64,000 bases of DNA from Octopus vulgaris (Eukaryota). Shown piece by piece: positions 12,044 to 24,620 of the stretch; the stretch's first letter is position 1, and each line of letters begins with the position of its first letter. Location of the stretch: assembly GCA_951406725.2 (NCBI GenBank), contig OX597827.1:68882001-68946000 (forward strand), in the 5' to 3' direction. Made by a program: the position numbers and the translations under genes. A model generated the notes under the pieces. That model did no database searches, was not told the DNA's origin, and was given only the letters and a program-made list of their open reading frames with translations.

Positions 12044-12492
12044 TTAAGGATGTGAGTCTGTGTCAGGAAAAAAAAAAGGGAGGTAGTAGGGAAAAATTGA
12101 GAGAAAATATATGTTTATTGCAGTATACACTTATAAACTAGCTGTTTATCAAACCAATGATGGACTTCTATGTGGTTGAGCTAGTTGGTAAAACTAGTAG
12201 TCAAATCATTTTCTAGTTTCATATATATTATCTTAATAGTAAGAATATGCTCAGTGACTTAGTTTTGGATATATGAAATGAAGACAGGATGGTCACAGAT
12301 GAACAAAGATTAGTCATAGTGGGTGGACACAGGAAAACTATGTGATCACACCTGAAACAACCTATTTAATGCACAGGTGGAGTAAATAAAGCTGAACGAC
12401 ACCGGTTATAATCAGTATTAATGAACTATCAATGGCTGAAAAGCAAGTTGTTGTAGGAAGTAGTAAAAATAAAAGGGGAAAGAGTAACTCAC

Positions 12493-12542
12493 CTGAAACG
12501 CTCACCTGGCTTTTACAAGGGGTTTGGTTGCCTTCGACGCAC
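12493..12542 (-). CDS. RTKN: Rhotekin 50-nt exon (CVEGNQTPCKSQVSVS)
   Basis: ctgtcag|G...TCAG|gtgagt. Phases 2 to 1 fit both neighbours. PCKSQVSVSD resembles human PCRGRVCISD. Confidence 0.88.
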
Positions 12543-12859
12543 CTGACAGATGAAAATAGATAAATTGCAAATGACAGTAAAGAAAAATTTATTCAGTAAT
12601 TTGGTACAAAAACAGCCCTTAATCAAATTTAGTATCATCATTTAATGTCTACTGCTTTATGCTTGTATGGGTCAGACGAAATTTGCAATCAGGAATGAAA
12701 TAAAAAAAATTTTTTTAAATTAAACATCTGGATTCTTGTCTTTCTACAGAGAGGATGGACACTTGAGGCTTTTATATTTTTGTTGTGAAAATCGGGAAAA
12801 GAAATTGAAATTTAGCAGCTGTAGTGATAAGGCCTTCATATCTACTCCCTATAGCCCTA

Positions 12860-13246
12860 CACCCATCCTGTGGCCAACCCTCCCCTGTTTCCAAGCAAGG
12901 TAATATTTCTCCAAAGCCAAATGTTTTTCATGGAAGACTTGGAAATGAACAACCTTGTTTGTCATAATCCACCAAAGGCCAAAATATCCCCCAAAACAAT
13001 GATGTTCCAAAGACCAAAATCCTACCAATAATACTTAATCCACCAAAAGACCACACCCATCCTGTTGCCAACCCTCCCCTGTTTCCAAACAAGGTAATAT
13101 TTCTCCAAGGCCAAATGTTTTTCATGGAAGACTTGGAAATGAACAACCTTGTTTGTCATAATCCACCAAAGGCTAAAATATCCCCCAAAACAATGATGTT
13201 CCAAAGACCAAAATCCTACCAATAATACTTAATCCACCAAAAGACC
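12860..13246. repeat. 194-bp tandem duplication
   Basis: cacccatcctgt at 12860 and 13054; the two units are nearly identical. Confidence 0.9.
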
Positions 13247-13390
13247 ATAGTGCCCTGCCAAGACCAAAATTTCCTACAGATCATAAACCCTGAGGCTGAA
13301 ATATTTGGAAATATCAGAGACTAAGACAGAGAAAGCAAAGTGAGGATATGAAATGAGTTGTGAGGTATCAGGGGTTCAGAGACTACTTAC

Positions 13391-13584
13391 AAAGTTTTCC
13401 CCATTACTTCAGCAGTAGTGCGTCGCTGTAGCTCTCTCATGTAATTGATGATACGAGAGTTAGTTGTAATCAGATTCTTTGATGCTTCCAGCTTCTGGCT
13501 TGGGTTTTTGGCTGCAGCCAATAGTTTGGTGGTCCCTTCTCTCATTTTGATTTCATGATCAATTTTCTGTTGCAAGTCGGTGTC
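13391..13584 (-). CDS. RTKN: Rhotekin exon: HR1 (Rho-binding) domain
   Basis: ttttcag|GAC...ACTTT|gtaagt, 194 nt. DTDLQQKIDHEIKMREGTTKLLAAAKNPSQKLEASKNLITTNSRIINYMRELQRRTTAEVMGKT closely resembles human rhotekin DTELQRKLDHEIRMREGACKLLAAC...NSRILSYMGELQRRKEAQVLGKT (recalled). Confidence 0.95.
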
Positions 13585-14529
13585 CTGAAAAATAAAAATA
13601 AATAAATAATAATAATAATAATGATGATGTAAAATTAAAAAAGATAATATGTTGTTGATAACACTTTAGCATTTAAACCAGTTGTATTTGACTCAAACAT
13701 TCTACCTATTTTTAGGTGCAAACCAACCAGATCCTGTCTTTCACACTTACCCTACAATGTAATTCTAAAAATGTACAAATCACATCATCAAAATCTCAAG
13801 GTTACAAGATAATATACAGAACAATAGGAATACATAAGCATTACAGTTGACCAATGAAATCTGAATGCTGAAGGGGTGAAGGCTTGACTTCACAAGAGGT
13901 CAAAGGTTACAGGTTATTATTAACAGGAGAAGACTCAAAACTTTATACATATCATCATCATGCCTCGTTACAATACCAGTAAATTACAGACCAGCTTCTT
14001 CAACACCAATTGCCTTAACGTGGAAAACAGTGAGTAAAAATGCCAAGTTAATAGTGTAGTTAAGACAGAATCAACTGAATACCATAACTGATAATGTATC
14101 ATTCCTGTGTCCATCACACCTTGGTTCCCAGTATACAAATTCACCTGGCTTTAGGCGTGTATTACAATTGGTATGATGATGTCACTACTGCTAGCTGAGA
14201 CAACTACAAAGAAATCATGGGAGTGTGGATGGAATGAGACATTTGGGCACAGCTGTTTTGGCATTGCCCATTTGGCATTGCTGATCTGACACCAACTTAT
14301 TTAGGCATCAGATGTTTCAATATTTCTCTTGTTCTCTCTCAGTATATTTCTGTGCATGCATGCATATGTGCATTTCCTCTATGATCACTCCAACATGTGA
14401 TGTGTAATACACCATGCATCTGTACAAGCAATGTCAATTTGTTGGAGGGAGCACAAACAGTTGATCAGACTGTTTAGCAAAAAGAGTGTGGAACTCTCTT
14501 TCCCTCAGATCAAGAGACTACCATTAAAT

Positions 14530-14592
<63 letters not shown>

Positions 14593-16089
14593 CAAAGAAA
14601 TTCCAACTCTGTTTTTTAAGTTTTATTTATATTCTTTATAATATTAATGTAGAATATAGAATATATGGAATAAATAGTATATATATAGTAAAATGAACTG
14701 AAGTATTGATTGTCTTATTGAATAGATGAAATGTTGAATATCAAATATTAGGGGACTAGTATACTTTCTTGCATTATAGCAGTCTTCAAGGTCCCATATA
14801 TATATATTTAGGGGAGGTGAAGGGTGAGAGTGGGGGACAGGCAGCGACTTCCCACCCAAGCTCTCTCTCTACTATAAAGGGAATTTTAGTTTGAGATATG
14901 AAGGCATGTCAAAGGTTGCAGTAAGAAGACATGTTTGATATATAAAAGACATGATCAGGTTATAGTAACAGTTTTGGGTAAATAAACATAATTAGAGAGA
15001 ACTGGGTGGAGGAAAATGTGTGGCATGATAGGAATGTAGACAGAGATGGGGGCAGATGAACATTACAGATGAGAGAGGGGGAAAGAGAGAGAGGGGGTGA
15101 GAGAAAAGCAGAGAAAAAGAGAGGGAGAGATGAACATCACAGATGATAGAAGTAGAGAGAGAGAAAGAGAGGGAAAGAAAAATTGAGAGGAAAAGTGTTA
15201 GTGAAAGATGGGGGTAGGAAGTGAACTGGAAGAGGTGAGGGTGGAGAAACAAGGTGAGTGAGATAGGGAGTAAGAGGTGGGGGGGGCGAGAAATAGAGGA
15301 AAATGAACATAAAAAGAGAAACACACACACCTCATCATGTCCACTAAAAGTGTAGAATCAAACATTCCTTGAAATAAGACCAACATAAATATGTCAACGA
15401 AAAACACCCAACCCAAGCATTTGGAAATAAAAAAAAAAAAAAAAAAGAACTTCAGAAGTAAATGATAGCAGGAAAGGGGCAAAGAACAAATGGAGGGTTA
15501 AGAAAAGTGGGGTACATTTTTAAAGATTTTAGGGTTTCTTGTGATTTTTGACAATGAAGTGTCATCCTGTCATTCATCCGAACCAAAAAGAGAACTTCAT
15601 ATATGATATCCTATAAGATTTACATGCAAAACACATCTGAATGTGGTTTAGAAGTTTGCTTCCCAATCATGGAGTTTTGGGTTCAGTCCCATAGGACAGC
15701 ACCTTCAGCAAGTGTCATCTACTATAGCCACAATCCGACAAAAGCCTTGTGAGTGAAACAGATAGACGGAAACTGAAAGAAGACCACTGTGTGTGTGTTT
15801 TCTCCCACTATCACAAGACGGAAACTGAAAGAAGCCCACTGTGTGTGTTTTTTCCCCCACTATCACTTGACAACTGATGTTGGTGTATTTCCATCCCTGT
15901 AACTTAGCAGTTCAGCAAAAGAGACAGATAGAATAAGTACCAGGCTTACAAACAGTTAAGTCCTGGGGTTGAACTCTTCAACTAAAACCATTTAAAGTGG
16001 TGCTCCAGCATGGCCACTGCCAAATGACTGACACACGTAACAGGACATACATTCAAGGAGGATAATCAATTGTTCATTACATAACTATT

Positions 16090-16956
16090 ATTAATTATCA
16101 GTAACCTCACTGCACCCTCTTACTCACCCACAGTTCACACTGAGTATACAACCATACAGCATTCCTACCAAGTTCTTTTTCTACATAGCAAACACAGCTG
16201 CTTCACAGATAGGATGTAGAGTCTTGGCTTCTTTCCTGCTGACGAGTAATTTTTTTTTACCTTCGCTAGGTTCTAATTCTAGGCCTTGGCTTTCATATTT
16301 AGAAAAATCTTTAACAGTTTGGCAGATTCAGCTTTCAAACCTAGGTCACCGGCATTCTCTTCTCTTTTATTATTATTATTCCTTTACTCGTTTCAGTCAT
16401 TGGACTGTGGTCATGCTGGGGCACCACCTTGAATGGTTCAGGTGGACAGACGAACCCTGGTACTTAGAAATTTAGTACTTATCCTTATCAAGTCTCTTTT
16501 GTCAAATTGATAAGTTACAGGGATATAAACAAACCAACAACAGTCGTTAAGCAATAATGGGTGGGTGGGCAAACAGACACATATATACATTTGTTTGTAA
16601 TTACTACTTTTTAATAGAGTGAAAATAATGCAAGTTATAAGAAATAATATAAGTCAATAGTTTGTACTTCCACCTTGTATTTCAATATTTATTATAATTT
16701 GCATTATTTTGGCTTTATAAAAAAAATAGAAACATTTATACATATGCTTCATGCAAACTATACAACTCTAAGATATATATATGCGCGAACGGAAACGACC
16801 AGCTGGAAGGCCTCCGCGATGGTGGAGTTACGATTTCAGGAGGACAATTGGGATCACGTGGATGAGAAAGGCGCAATCCAGAGAAGAGTGGACAGCGTGC
16901 TGTGACCAGCGGTGTCAAATGGACGCCCGACGGACTGGTCAGTCAAGGTGATCAAG

Positions 16957-17008
<52 letters not shown>

Positions 17009-17660
17009 CAGAAGGCTTCCACACAGTTTCCATTGACAAAATTCACTCACAAGGCATTTGGTCACCCTGAGCGTATAGAAGTCCTGCCCAAGATGCTGCA
17101 CAGTGGGACAGCACCCAATATGTGATTGCAAAGCAAGCTTCTTAATTACAAAACTTTGCCTGCAGCTGATCCCAAAGCCCAGTTATAGCCTGGAGAACTA
17201 CAGAAACAGGGGATGGGATGAAACCTAAGCCCTGTTGGACATCCATCCATATGCCAAATTCTTCACAGAACTCATAGCTAAACCTCACCTAGCTAACAGT
17301 ATGCATGGCTCTCACAGGCCTTTCATCTACACTTGGTTTTCTTAACCACTTATTTACAGAGCAGAGTACTCTACCAAAGGCCTTCTCTAGGCCAACAAAT
17401 GCTAATTATAGTGGCTTGATTGCTGCTAAGAACTTCTGTCATTGTCTTACTACTATCATGACGATCATATTACTGGCACCACGTTCAAGCACAATCTCCT
17501 TAAATCAGGTCTCATCTAAGTTAAGTCTTACCCTATTCAGTTGTGCTATAAATGCTCTCTTTTACTTCCACAATTTAATCTGTCCATCAACTAGAAGCTT
17601 CTGCAGTGGCCTCTTTCTAGAATATCACTTCTGCATTTGTAATTAATGATGAAAATACCA
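16090..17660 (-). mobile_element. Fragmented RTE-clade LINE reverse transcriptase remnant, interrupted by later insertions
   Basis: Minus 17200-17560 reads IAQLNRVRLNLDE...VRQ*QKFLAAIKPL*LAFVGLEKAFGRV...DERPVRAM...EEFGIWMDVQQG (cf. FVDLEKAFDRVP, GVHQG). Minus 16100-16355 reads AGDLGLKAES...NLAKVK.LLVSRK (cf. YADDLVLIAES). Stops and frameshifts present. Confidence 0.78.
16783..16962 (+). mobile_element. Young 5'-truncated RTE LINE 3' end
   Basis: RERKRPAGRPPRWWSYDFRRTIGITWMRKAQSREEW is a typical RTE C-terminus. CpG-rich, tail (caaggtgat)2. Confidence 0.75.
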
Positions 17661-17692
17661 CTTTCTTAGATACATGAACATACATCAGCATA

Positions 17693-17876
17693 CAGTTCTA
17701 TATTTAAGAGATGAGGAATTATTTACATTATTTACAATTGACAGCTATTTATCCTCATCTTGTTTGTTAACACAGCATTTCAGGTGTCTTGGGGAAATTT
17801 CAAACCTGGGCTCTCATTCCTAAGGTATTTTTCGATGTTGTTATTTTTGTTGGTATTATCATCATTATTATTATCA

Positions 17877-17920
<44 letters not shown>

Positions 17921-17928
17921 TCAGGTCA
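17693..17928 (-). mobile_element. Copy of the hammerhead-SINE with the ribozyme core deleted
   Basis: Colinear with 39260-39530, but aacacagcatttc is joined directly to aggtgtc, removing stem II and most of CUGAUGA. Confidence 0.75.
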
Positions 17929-18445
17929 CACCCCAATGCTTATAATTTAAGATTGGTACTTCAGTCGCTTCTGCTGAAGTGTTAATTTACAGGTATGGAA
18001 ACAAACCAACATCGGCTGTAGGGCTGTAGGGCAGCAGGGGGGGGGCAAACAAACACAACAGGTTTCCACACAGTTTCCATCTACCAAATTCACTCACAAG
18101 GAAACTGGTTGGCCCAGGGTTACAACAGAAGACACTTGCCCAAGGTGCAGTTCAGTGGGACCGAACCCAAATCTGTTTGACTGCAAAGCAAGCTTCTTAA
18201 CCACACAACCAGACCAGCACCTATATTCAAAATAGAATATTCCTTCCATTACTTCTTAGTTTCTTTCTTTCTTCAAAGAAACTCTACAAGTATTCAATCA
18301 TTTCGTCTGTTTCCCTTCTCTTAATTTTTTTTTTAACGCTTTCAATAATACATCCAAATGCACACAAACAACACTCTCATAAACACACATGCAATTCACA
18401 GTTGCACACATAGACTTCAATCCACCCTTCAGGTTGGGTATATCT

Positions 18446-18838
18446 GCAGGCATGACTGCAGTTAAGAAGCTTACTTCCAAACCTTGTGATCTTGGGTTCA
18501 GTCCCACTGTGTGACACCTTGGGCAAGTGTCTTTTACTATAGCCTCGGGCTGACCAAAGCCTTGTGAGTGGATTTGGTAGACGGAAACTGAAAGAAGCCC
18601 ATCGTATATATGTATACATATTTATATGTGTGTGTGTGTGTCTGTCCCCAAACATCGCTTAACAACTGATGCTGGTGTGTTTACATTACCGTAACTTAGC
18701 GGTTTGGCAAAAGTGACCGATAGAATAAGTACTAGGCTTACAAAGAATAAGCCCTGAGGTTGATTTCTTCGACTAAAGGCGGTGCTCCAGCATGGCCTCA
18801 GTAAAATGACTGAAGCAAGTAAAAGAGTAATAGAGTAA
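18446..18838 (+). mobile_element. Family-A SINE
   Basis: Head to aaaagagtaatagag tail, colinear with the other copies. Confidence 0.85.
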
Positions 18839-21800
18839 ATACTGGGGGGGTCGATTTCTTTGACTAAACCCATCAAGGCAGTGCCCCAGCATGGCCACAG
18901 TTCAAAAACTGAAACAAAAGTTAAAAGAAAAAAAAAGACAAATAAATAACACACATACACACACACACATATTTTTGAATCCTGTTTTATAACCCATATC
19001 ACAGATATAGTATAACGTAACGTAACGTAACATAACACCTAACAGATTGGTAGGCAAGATACACTTGGTAGGCTGTGGCACACAGTTGGGGCACAAAACC
19101 ATAGAGATTTCTGTGTTAAGGTCAAAAATTACTTTTATTTCGCATTTTTCAAATTATGTCTAGTAGACCCGGCTTCTTATGCATTCAGAGAGAAGAGGAT
19201 ATGACGTACGCTCTGTTTATAAAAAGCTAATATTTCCTGTATCGTACATAGCAGTACTTAGCATCACATACGCACGTCTTTACTGCAAGCCTCCGCCACC
19301 ACCACCACCACCACCACCACTACCTCCACATCTTTTTCTCTCTCTTGTAATCTAAACCTGCCTTAAACCGAAATATTCAAGAGTTTTAAATATAGTAATA
19401 TATAAAGACTATATGAGACAGCAGTTCAGTTGCTTGGTTGGTTGGTTTTCTTGTTTTTGTCAAGTTCGTGTCTCAGTCGACACGTTTTATCGTATGCACA
19501 CTGCATAATAAAGTGGTGCCTGAATGCGATGCAGCTATTCTGCAGGAGTTCTTGCATTACATGTTGCATGGTAATCATGGTGATGGCATAGAATTTTATT
19601 CTCTCCATGTTTCCCCCACCAGTCCTTCTAACAAAATACATGCAGAGCAACGATTGAGTTGTCTACGTGATCACTCAACCTGCTAGAAATAGCAGTCCAA
19701 TCTTCCGACTCGTTTCCCCACCCCATCCACTACCCTCACAGTGCTAGGAAAAACATGTTGGATGATGTGATCCTGGATTCCTTGCATGTAAGAGGAAAAA
19801 GATGGGATGGTCACAGCTGAAATGTCTTTGATCGTAGTTTTGTTCAATCAGAGGTGACTGACTGAGTTAAAAAAAAAAAAAAAAAAAAATTTTAATCATC
19901 AATTAAGACTTCTTATCAGTTGCTTGGCTTGCTGAAAACAGAAGTCAAATCCCAAACCCCCACCCCAACCATTTCGACATATAACTCCCAGTGATTTTCA
20001 ACCCTTTGATTTTCCCCTTTGATTTCAAAATACACTGGAGCCAACTTGGCAAATCATCTTTCTATGGTCAATAAAAAAAAAAAAAAGTATCAGTCACGTA
20101 ATAGGGCCAATGTAATCAATAGGCCCATCTCTTCAAAACTGTTGGCCTTGTGCTTAAATTAGAAATAATTACATGAAGGATGAGGAAATGATAAAAAGCA
20201 CTTAACCTGTGCTGGTGGCACGTAAAAAGTACCTGAGCTGGTGCCACATATAAAGCACCTATGTCAGTGCTACATATAAAGCACCTGTGCTGGTGCCATG
20301 TAAAAAGCACCCAGTACACTCTGTAAAGTGGTTGGCATTAGGAAGGGCATCCAGCCATAGAAACCAATCTATAACAGATGGCTGGAGCTTGGTGTAGTTC
20401 TTTGGCTTGCCAGCTCTGGCCAAACTGTCCGACTCAAGCCAGCATGGAAAACAGATGATGATCATTATAATGATGGCGATTATGATAACCTTTAGGTAAA
20501 AATTGGTTCCTTGAGTTCGAATTTAGCAGAACCCCCTTTTTATTTTCCCTGGCCCATTTATTGGCCCCACAGTAAAAAAAAATAAAAAAAATACAAGTAC
20601 TGAGGTTGATCTAATTAACCCCATCTCCCACCCCCAAAATTTATGCCTTTCTGCTTGTAGTAGAAATTCTTATTTTGCATAAAGGGTAGCAGTGGGATGG
20701 CATTCGATGATCTTGTGATCAAACCAAAGAAACTCTCGGTATTTTTTTCTTTTTACCAAATTGCTGATGGTACTGATTACAGGTAAGTTGTAAGTACACC
20801 ATGAGGAAAGTTCACCAAGAAAATATATCCATGGTATCTCATCGTTGATAGTTAAAAACCATTTTATTGAAACAAAACAGTGAACTGAAGATGATGAACT
20901 TTGCCCACAGTGACATGATGACTGTGAACTTACCAGACATAGTTGGTACTATTGGTCACCCCTCTTGAAAAAAGAGTCACTGAATAATGGATTTGAACTC
21001 GAGAATACGCTGAGCTAAAAATAGATGCCATGACACATCCCGTCTGACACTGATAACTCACAAACCTAGAACTCTTATTTTATTGACCTCAAAAGGATAA
21101 AATGAAAGGTTGGCATTGAACCCAGGCAGCAGTGAGTTGGAACTGGACCAGTCAGTCAGTCAGTCAGTCCAACAATTCTGTCCATTTCCTAAAACTCTTA
21201 TGACTTTGTAATCTATTTCAGAATTAGCAAATCATTTCATTAACAGGACATCAGACACGGGTCAGTGACAGAATTTTCAGTATCACTTTTCCACCATGCT
21301 CAATATAACAGTACAAATCCTCCTTCCTGTATAGATCAAATGACCCACATGACCACCACCACCAGTCCCATGCCATAATACAGACAAGGGGGGAGGCGAG
21401 GGGACCTGGTTGAACATGACCCTGACTGACATGCCAGATAGGTTAGAGCTGCTTCTAAAATATCCACTGGTTAAGCAGCGATGGTGGTGTCCAGTGGTGG
21501 CCGACATCAATGGATACTCTACAACAGGTTTATATCATTTATTGAAGTTTCCATTTCAGAGTCAGCCAGTTGTGGTATTGCATTAACAAAATATGAGGTT
21601 AACGGTAATTAGAGAGGAAATAATTAAATGTACTGGAAACAAGATAAAGCAAACATTTCGCTTTGTCTCTCAACAGTAAAACAAAACTGCCATCATATCA
21701 TTGTTTTAAAACACATAAAATGGAGAACTTGCTCACTTGGTAGCTTGCTTGCTTCTGAATTCAATAAGATTAAAGTTATTATTATTGTGCTTTAAAAACT

Positions 21801-22606
21801 ATTAAATAAAAGCACTTGTTTTTATCCTACACCAAAATCCAAGTAGAGTTGAAGAATGGCAGTCAAGAGGGGCAATAAACACATATCATGTGGGTTGTGT
21901 TCCACTCTATATTTCAGAAAGTATTCTGTCTGTCATGCTCAACTTTGTGCCTAGAGTAGAATAGAATATATGACACTGACCAATACCCGTTTTTCAAGTA
22001 AGATATTTCTCATTCTACAGCTTCAAAGGAACAAAACCAGCAGAGAATTTGTTGGTAAGAGAAATGACAACATCATCTCTGCTTGTAGCTCATGATATCC
22101 AGAGCAGGACAAATGTAAACAAGCATACAGACAGGTGCACAGTTTCCATCAAACAAATCCACTCACAAGGCTTTGGTCAATCCAGGGCTATAACAAAAGA
22201 TATACTGCTAAGTGGGATTGAACATCAAATCATATGAATGGAAAATGAACTTCCTAACCATACAGTCCTTCATATACCAACTCTGAATATAAAAGTAAGC
22301 ACTTTCATTTTTTTAATTCTACAAGAATAGCAACCGAGAAGGGCAATAAACATAAATTCTTATTCAATTTTTATTTATTGTCCTAAATTTTCTTCAGAAC
22401 ACCTGTATCCATGATCCTTACCAAGCAACCATTGACTGACAAGAAAGAAAGAAAGGAAGAAATTTCTTCCAAATACTCTGCCAAAGGCACCTATGGGTCA
22501 AATAGTAATACAAGCAAATTCAGGGACCAGTCTTAAGAGAGAGGGGCAACAGTGCCAGTTATAACACAATACCATTCATCAGTGTTCACAATAAAAATAA
22601 CCATAT

Positions 22607-22690
22607 GCCCACAGGCATATGGCGTAGTGGTTAAGAGCACAGGCTACTAACCCCAAGATTCCGAGTTCGATTCCAAGCAGTGACCTGAAC

Positions 22691-22731
<41 letters not shown>

Positions 22732-22738
22732 TAATAAT
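22607..22738 (+). mobile_element. tRNA-derived head plus (AAT)n of the hammerhead-SINE family, body absent
   Basis: tggcgtagtggttaagagcacaggctactaaccccaagattccgagttcgattccaagcagtgacctg(aat)n. Clear Pol III A and B boxes. Confidence 0.7.
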
Positions 22739-23348
22739 GACTGTGGTCATGCTGGGGCACTGCCTTGAAGGGTTTAGTTGACAAATCAACCCTAGGACAT
22801 CGCTTCTTTTCAAGTCTTATCTCTTATTCTATTGATATCGTTTGCCAAACTGCTATGTTACGACAATGTAAACAAACCAACAGCGGTCATCAAGCAGTGG
22901 TGTGGGACAAACACATCATAGACACAAAGACACACACACACACGATGGGCTTCTTTGAGTTTCCATCTACGAAATTCACACACAAGACCGAGGTCAACCT
23001 AGTGCTACAGTAGAAGACACTGCCCAAGGTGCCGTGCAGTGGGACTGAACCCAAAACCCTGCAGTTGCAAAGCAAGCTTCCTAACCACACAGCCATGCCT
23101 GTGCCTGTATAATAAGTAGTAACTGGGAGAGAGAAAGAAAACCAGCATGTATGATTGCATGTGCCCTTTCAGAAGTATGGCCGAGAGGGAGAAAAAGAGA
23201 GAGAAACAGTGTGTATAAGTATGTGTGTTTCCCCTCAAAGTGTTTGCATGAGTGTATGTGTGTGTATGTATGTATATTTATATATATATATGTGGAATGT
23301 TTAAGTGTGTTTGATTTGTTTACTGTGTAGTGAAACGAAATCCCTTAC

Positions 23349-23387
23349 CTTTCTTTGGTAAATATCGTCAAACGTTTTAGTTGCCAT
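23349..23387 (-). CDS. RTKN: Rhotekin: probable first coding exon (MATKTFDDIYQRK)
   Basis: Minus strand reads cagcATGGCAACTAAAACGTTTGACGATATTTACCAAAGAAAG|gtaaggg. Good start context, strong donor, 39 nt ending in phase 0, which matches the phase-0 acceptor at 13584. No recognisable homology for this peptide. Confidence 0.6.
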
Positions 23388-23850
23388 GCTGAATGTCCAA
23401 ATATTATTGGAACAGTGTGGAACTGGGCAGAAGAGGAAAGAGAGAGGAGTGGGTACAGGAAGAGGAGGAGGAGAAGAGGAGTCTGAAAACTGGACAAGAG
23501 ATATTCAGGCACACATTGACACTTCAACAAAAAAGAAAAACTCCCAATACAGTTACAGATGATAGTAGTGGTGGTATGGTGGTGGTGGCAGGATAAGAAC
23601 AAGGATGATGGTGATGGTGGTATTAGTGGTGAAAGTGGTGTCACTCCTGTGTTTTGTGAAATATTGGGTCAAGTGAAAAAAGATGTGGGCTGTTTTTTTT
23701 TGTTTTTTTTTTTTCTTCAAGTAGATAAATTAAAAAGAAACGAAGAAGAAACGAAGAAGAACGTCAGAGAAAAAAAAATGCGTGACAATGACGTTAGAGG
23801 ATGAAAAACTGGACTAAACAGGTCTTGCGGTGGTGAAGAATTACTATATG
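23388..23850 (-). promoter_or_regulatory. Putative rhotekin 5' UTR / proximal promoter
   Basis: SINE-free sequence upstream of the ATG exon with local CpG retention and two CRE-like TGACGT sites (23761-23766 on minus, TGACGTTA at 23789-23796). Position-based inference. Confidence 0.3.
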
Positions 23851-23947
23851 AGGTGCCCAGGTTATACACACACACACACACACACACGTACATGCGAGAG
23901 TATGTGTGTGTGTAGAGTGTAGGTGGGAAGAAGAGAAGTAAAAGAGA

Positions 23948-24075
23948 GAGAAAGAGATGTGTGAGAGAAAGAGATGTGTGAGAGAAAGAGATGTGTGAGA
24001 GAAAGAGATGTGTGAGAGAAAGAGATGTGTGAGAGAAAGAGATGTGTGAGAGAAAGAGATGTGTGAGAGAAAGAG
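23948..24075. repeat. 17-bp minisatellite (GAGAAAGAGATGTGTGA), about 7 copies
   Basis: atgtgtg at 23957, 23974, 23991 and onward. Confidence 0.9.
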
Positions 24076-24134
24076 AGAGAGCTATAAGTGAGAAATGTAT
24101 TGGGGTCAACAAATAGAAAAACTGAACAATAGAT

Positions 24135-24188
<54 letters not shown>

Positions 24189-24198
24189 AGATGAAGAT

Positions 24199-24242
<44 letters not shown>

Positions 24243-24534
24243 GTCCTGGAGATTACCAGTTCATAGGAATATGGCCATATGTGTAGGCCTGGGAGTTATC
24301 AGTTCCTAGGAATATGGTCATGAAGGCCTAGTTCTCAGAGGAAGACAGAAATAAAAATTAAAATGTTACCAGAGCCAATTAAGTGATGGATAAATTGGGG
24401 GAAGGTTATTCGTATGAAAATAAGGTGGTTGAGCAGCAACTGGTTGACACGAACACAACGAGCTAGTTTGGGAAAGGACTTTGTTTAAAAACAATGATTC
24501 AATGATTGATTAATTAATTGCCAGAAAAGAATAA

Positions 24535-24620
<86 letters not shown>

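Noticed and set aside
19039-19102. Alternative rhotekin first exon MVLCPNCVPQPTKCILPTNLL
   Set aside because: Weak donor (TAG|gtgtta) and phase 1, incompatible with the phase-0 acceptor at 13584.
21283-21510. Possible L1/Tx1 RT fragment (SGYFRSSSNLSGMSVR...PSPPPLSVL); similarly a possible LINE endonuclease remnant at 53230-53780
   Set aside because: Resemblance too weak to call without a profile search.
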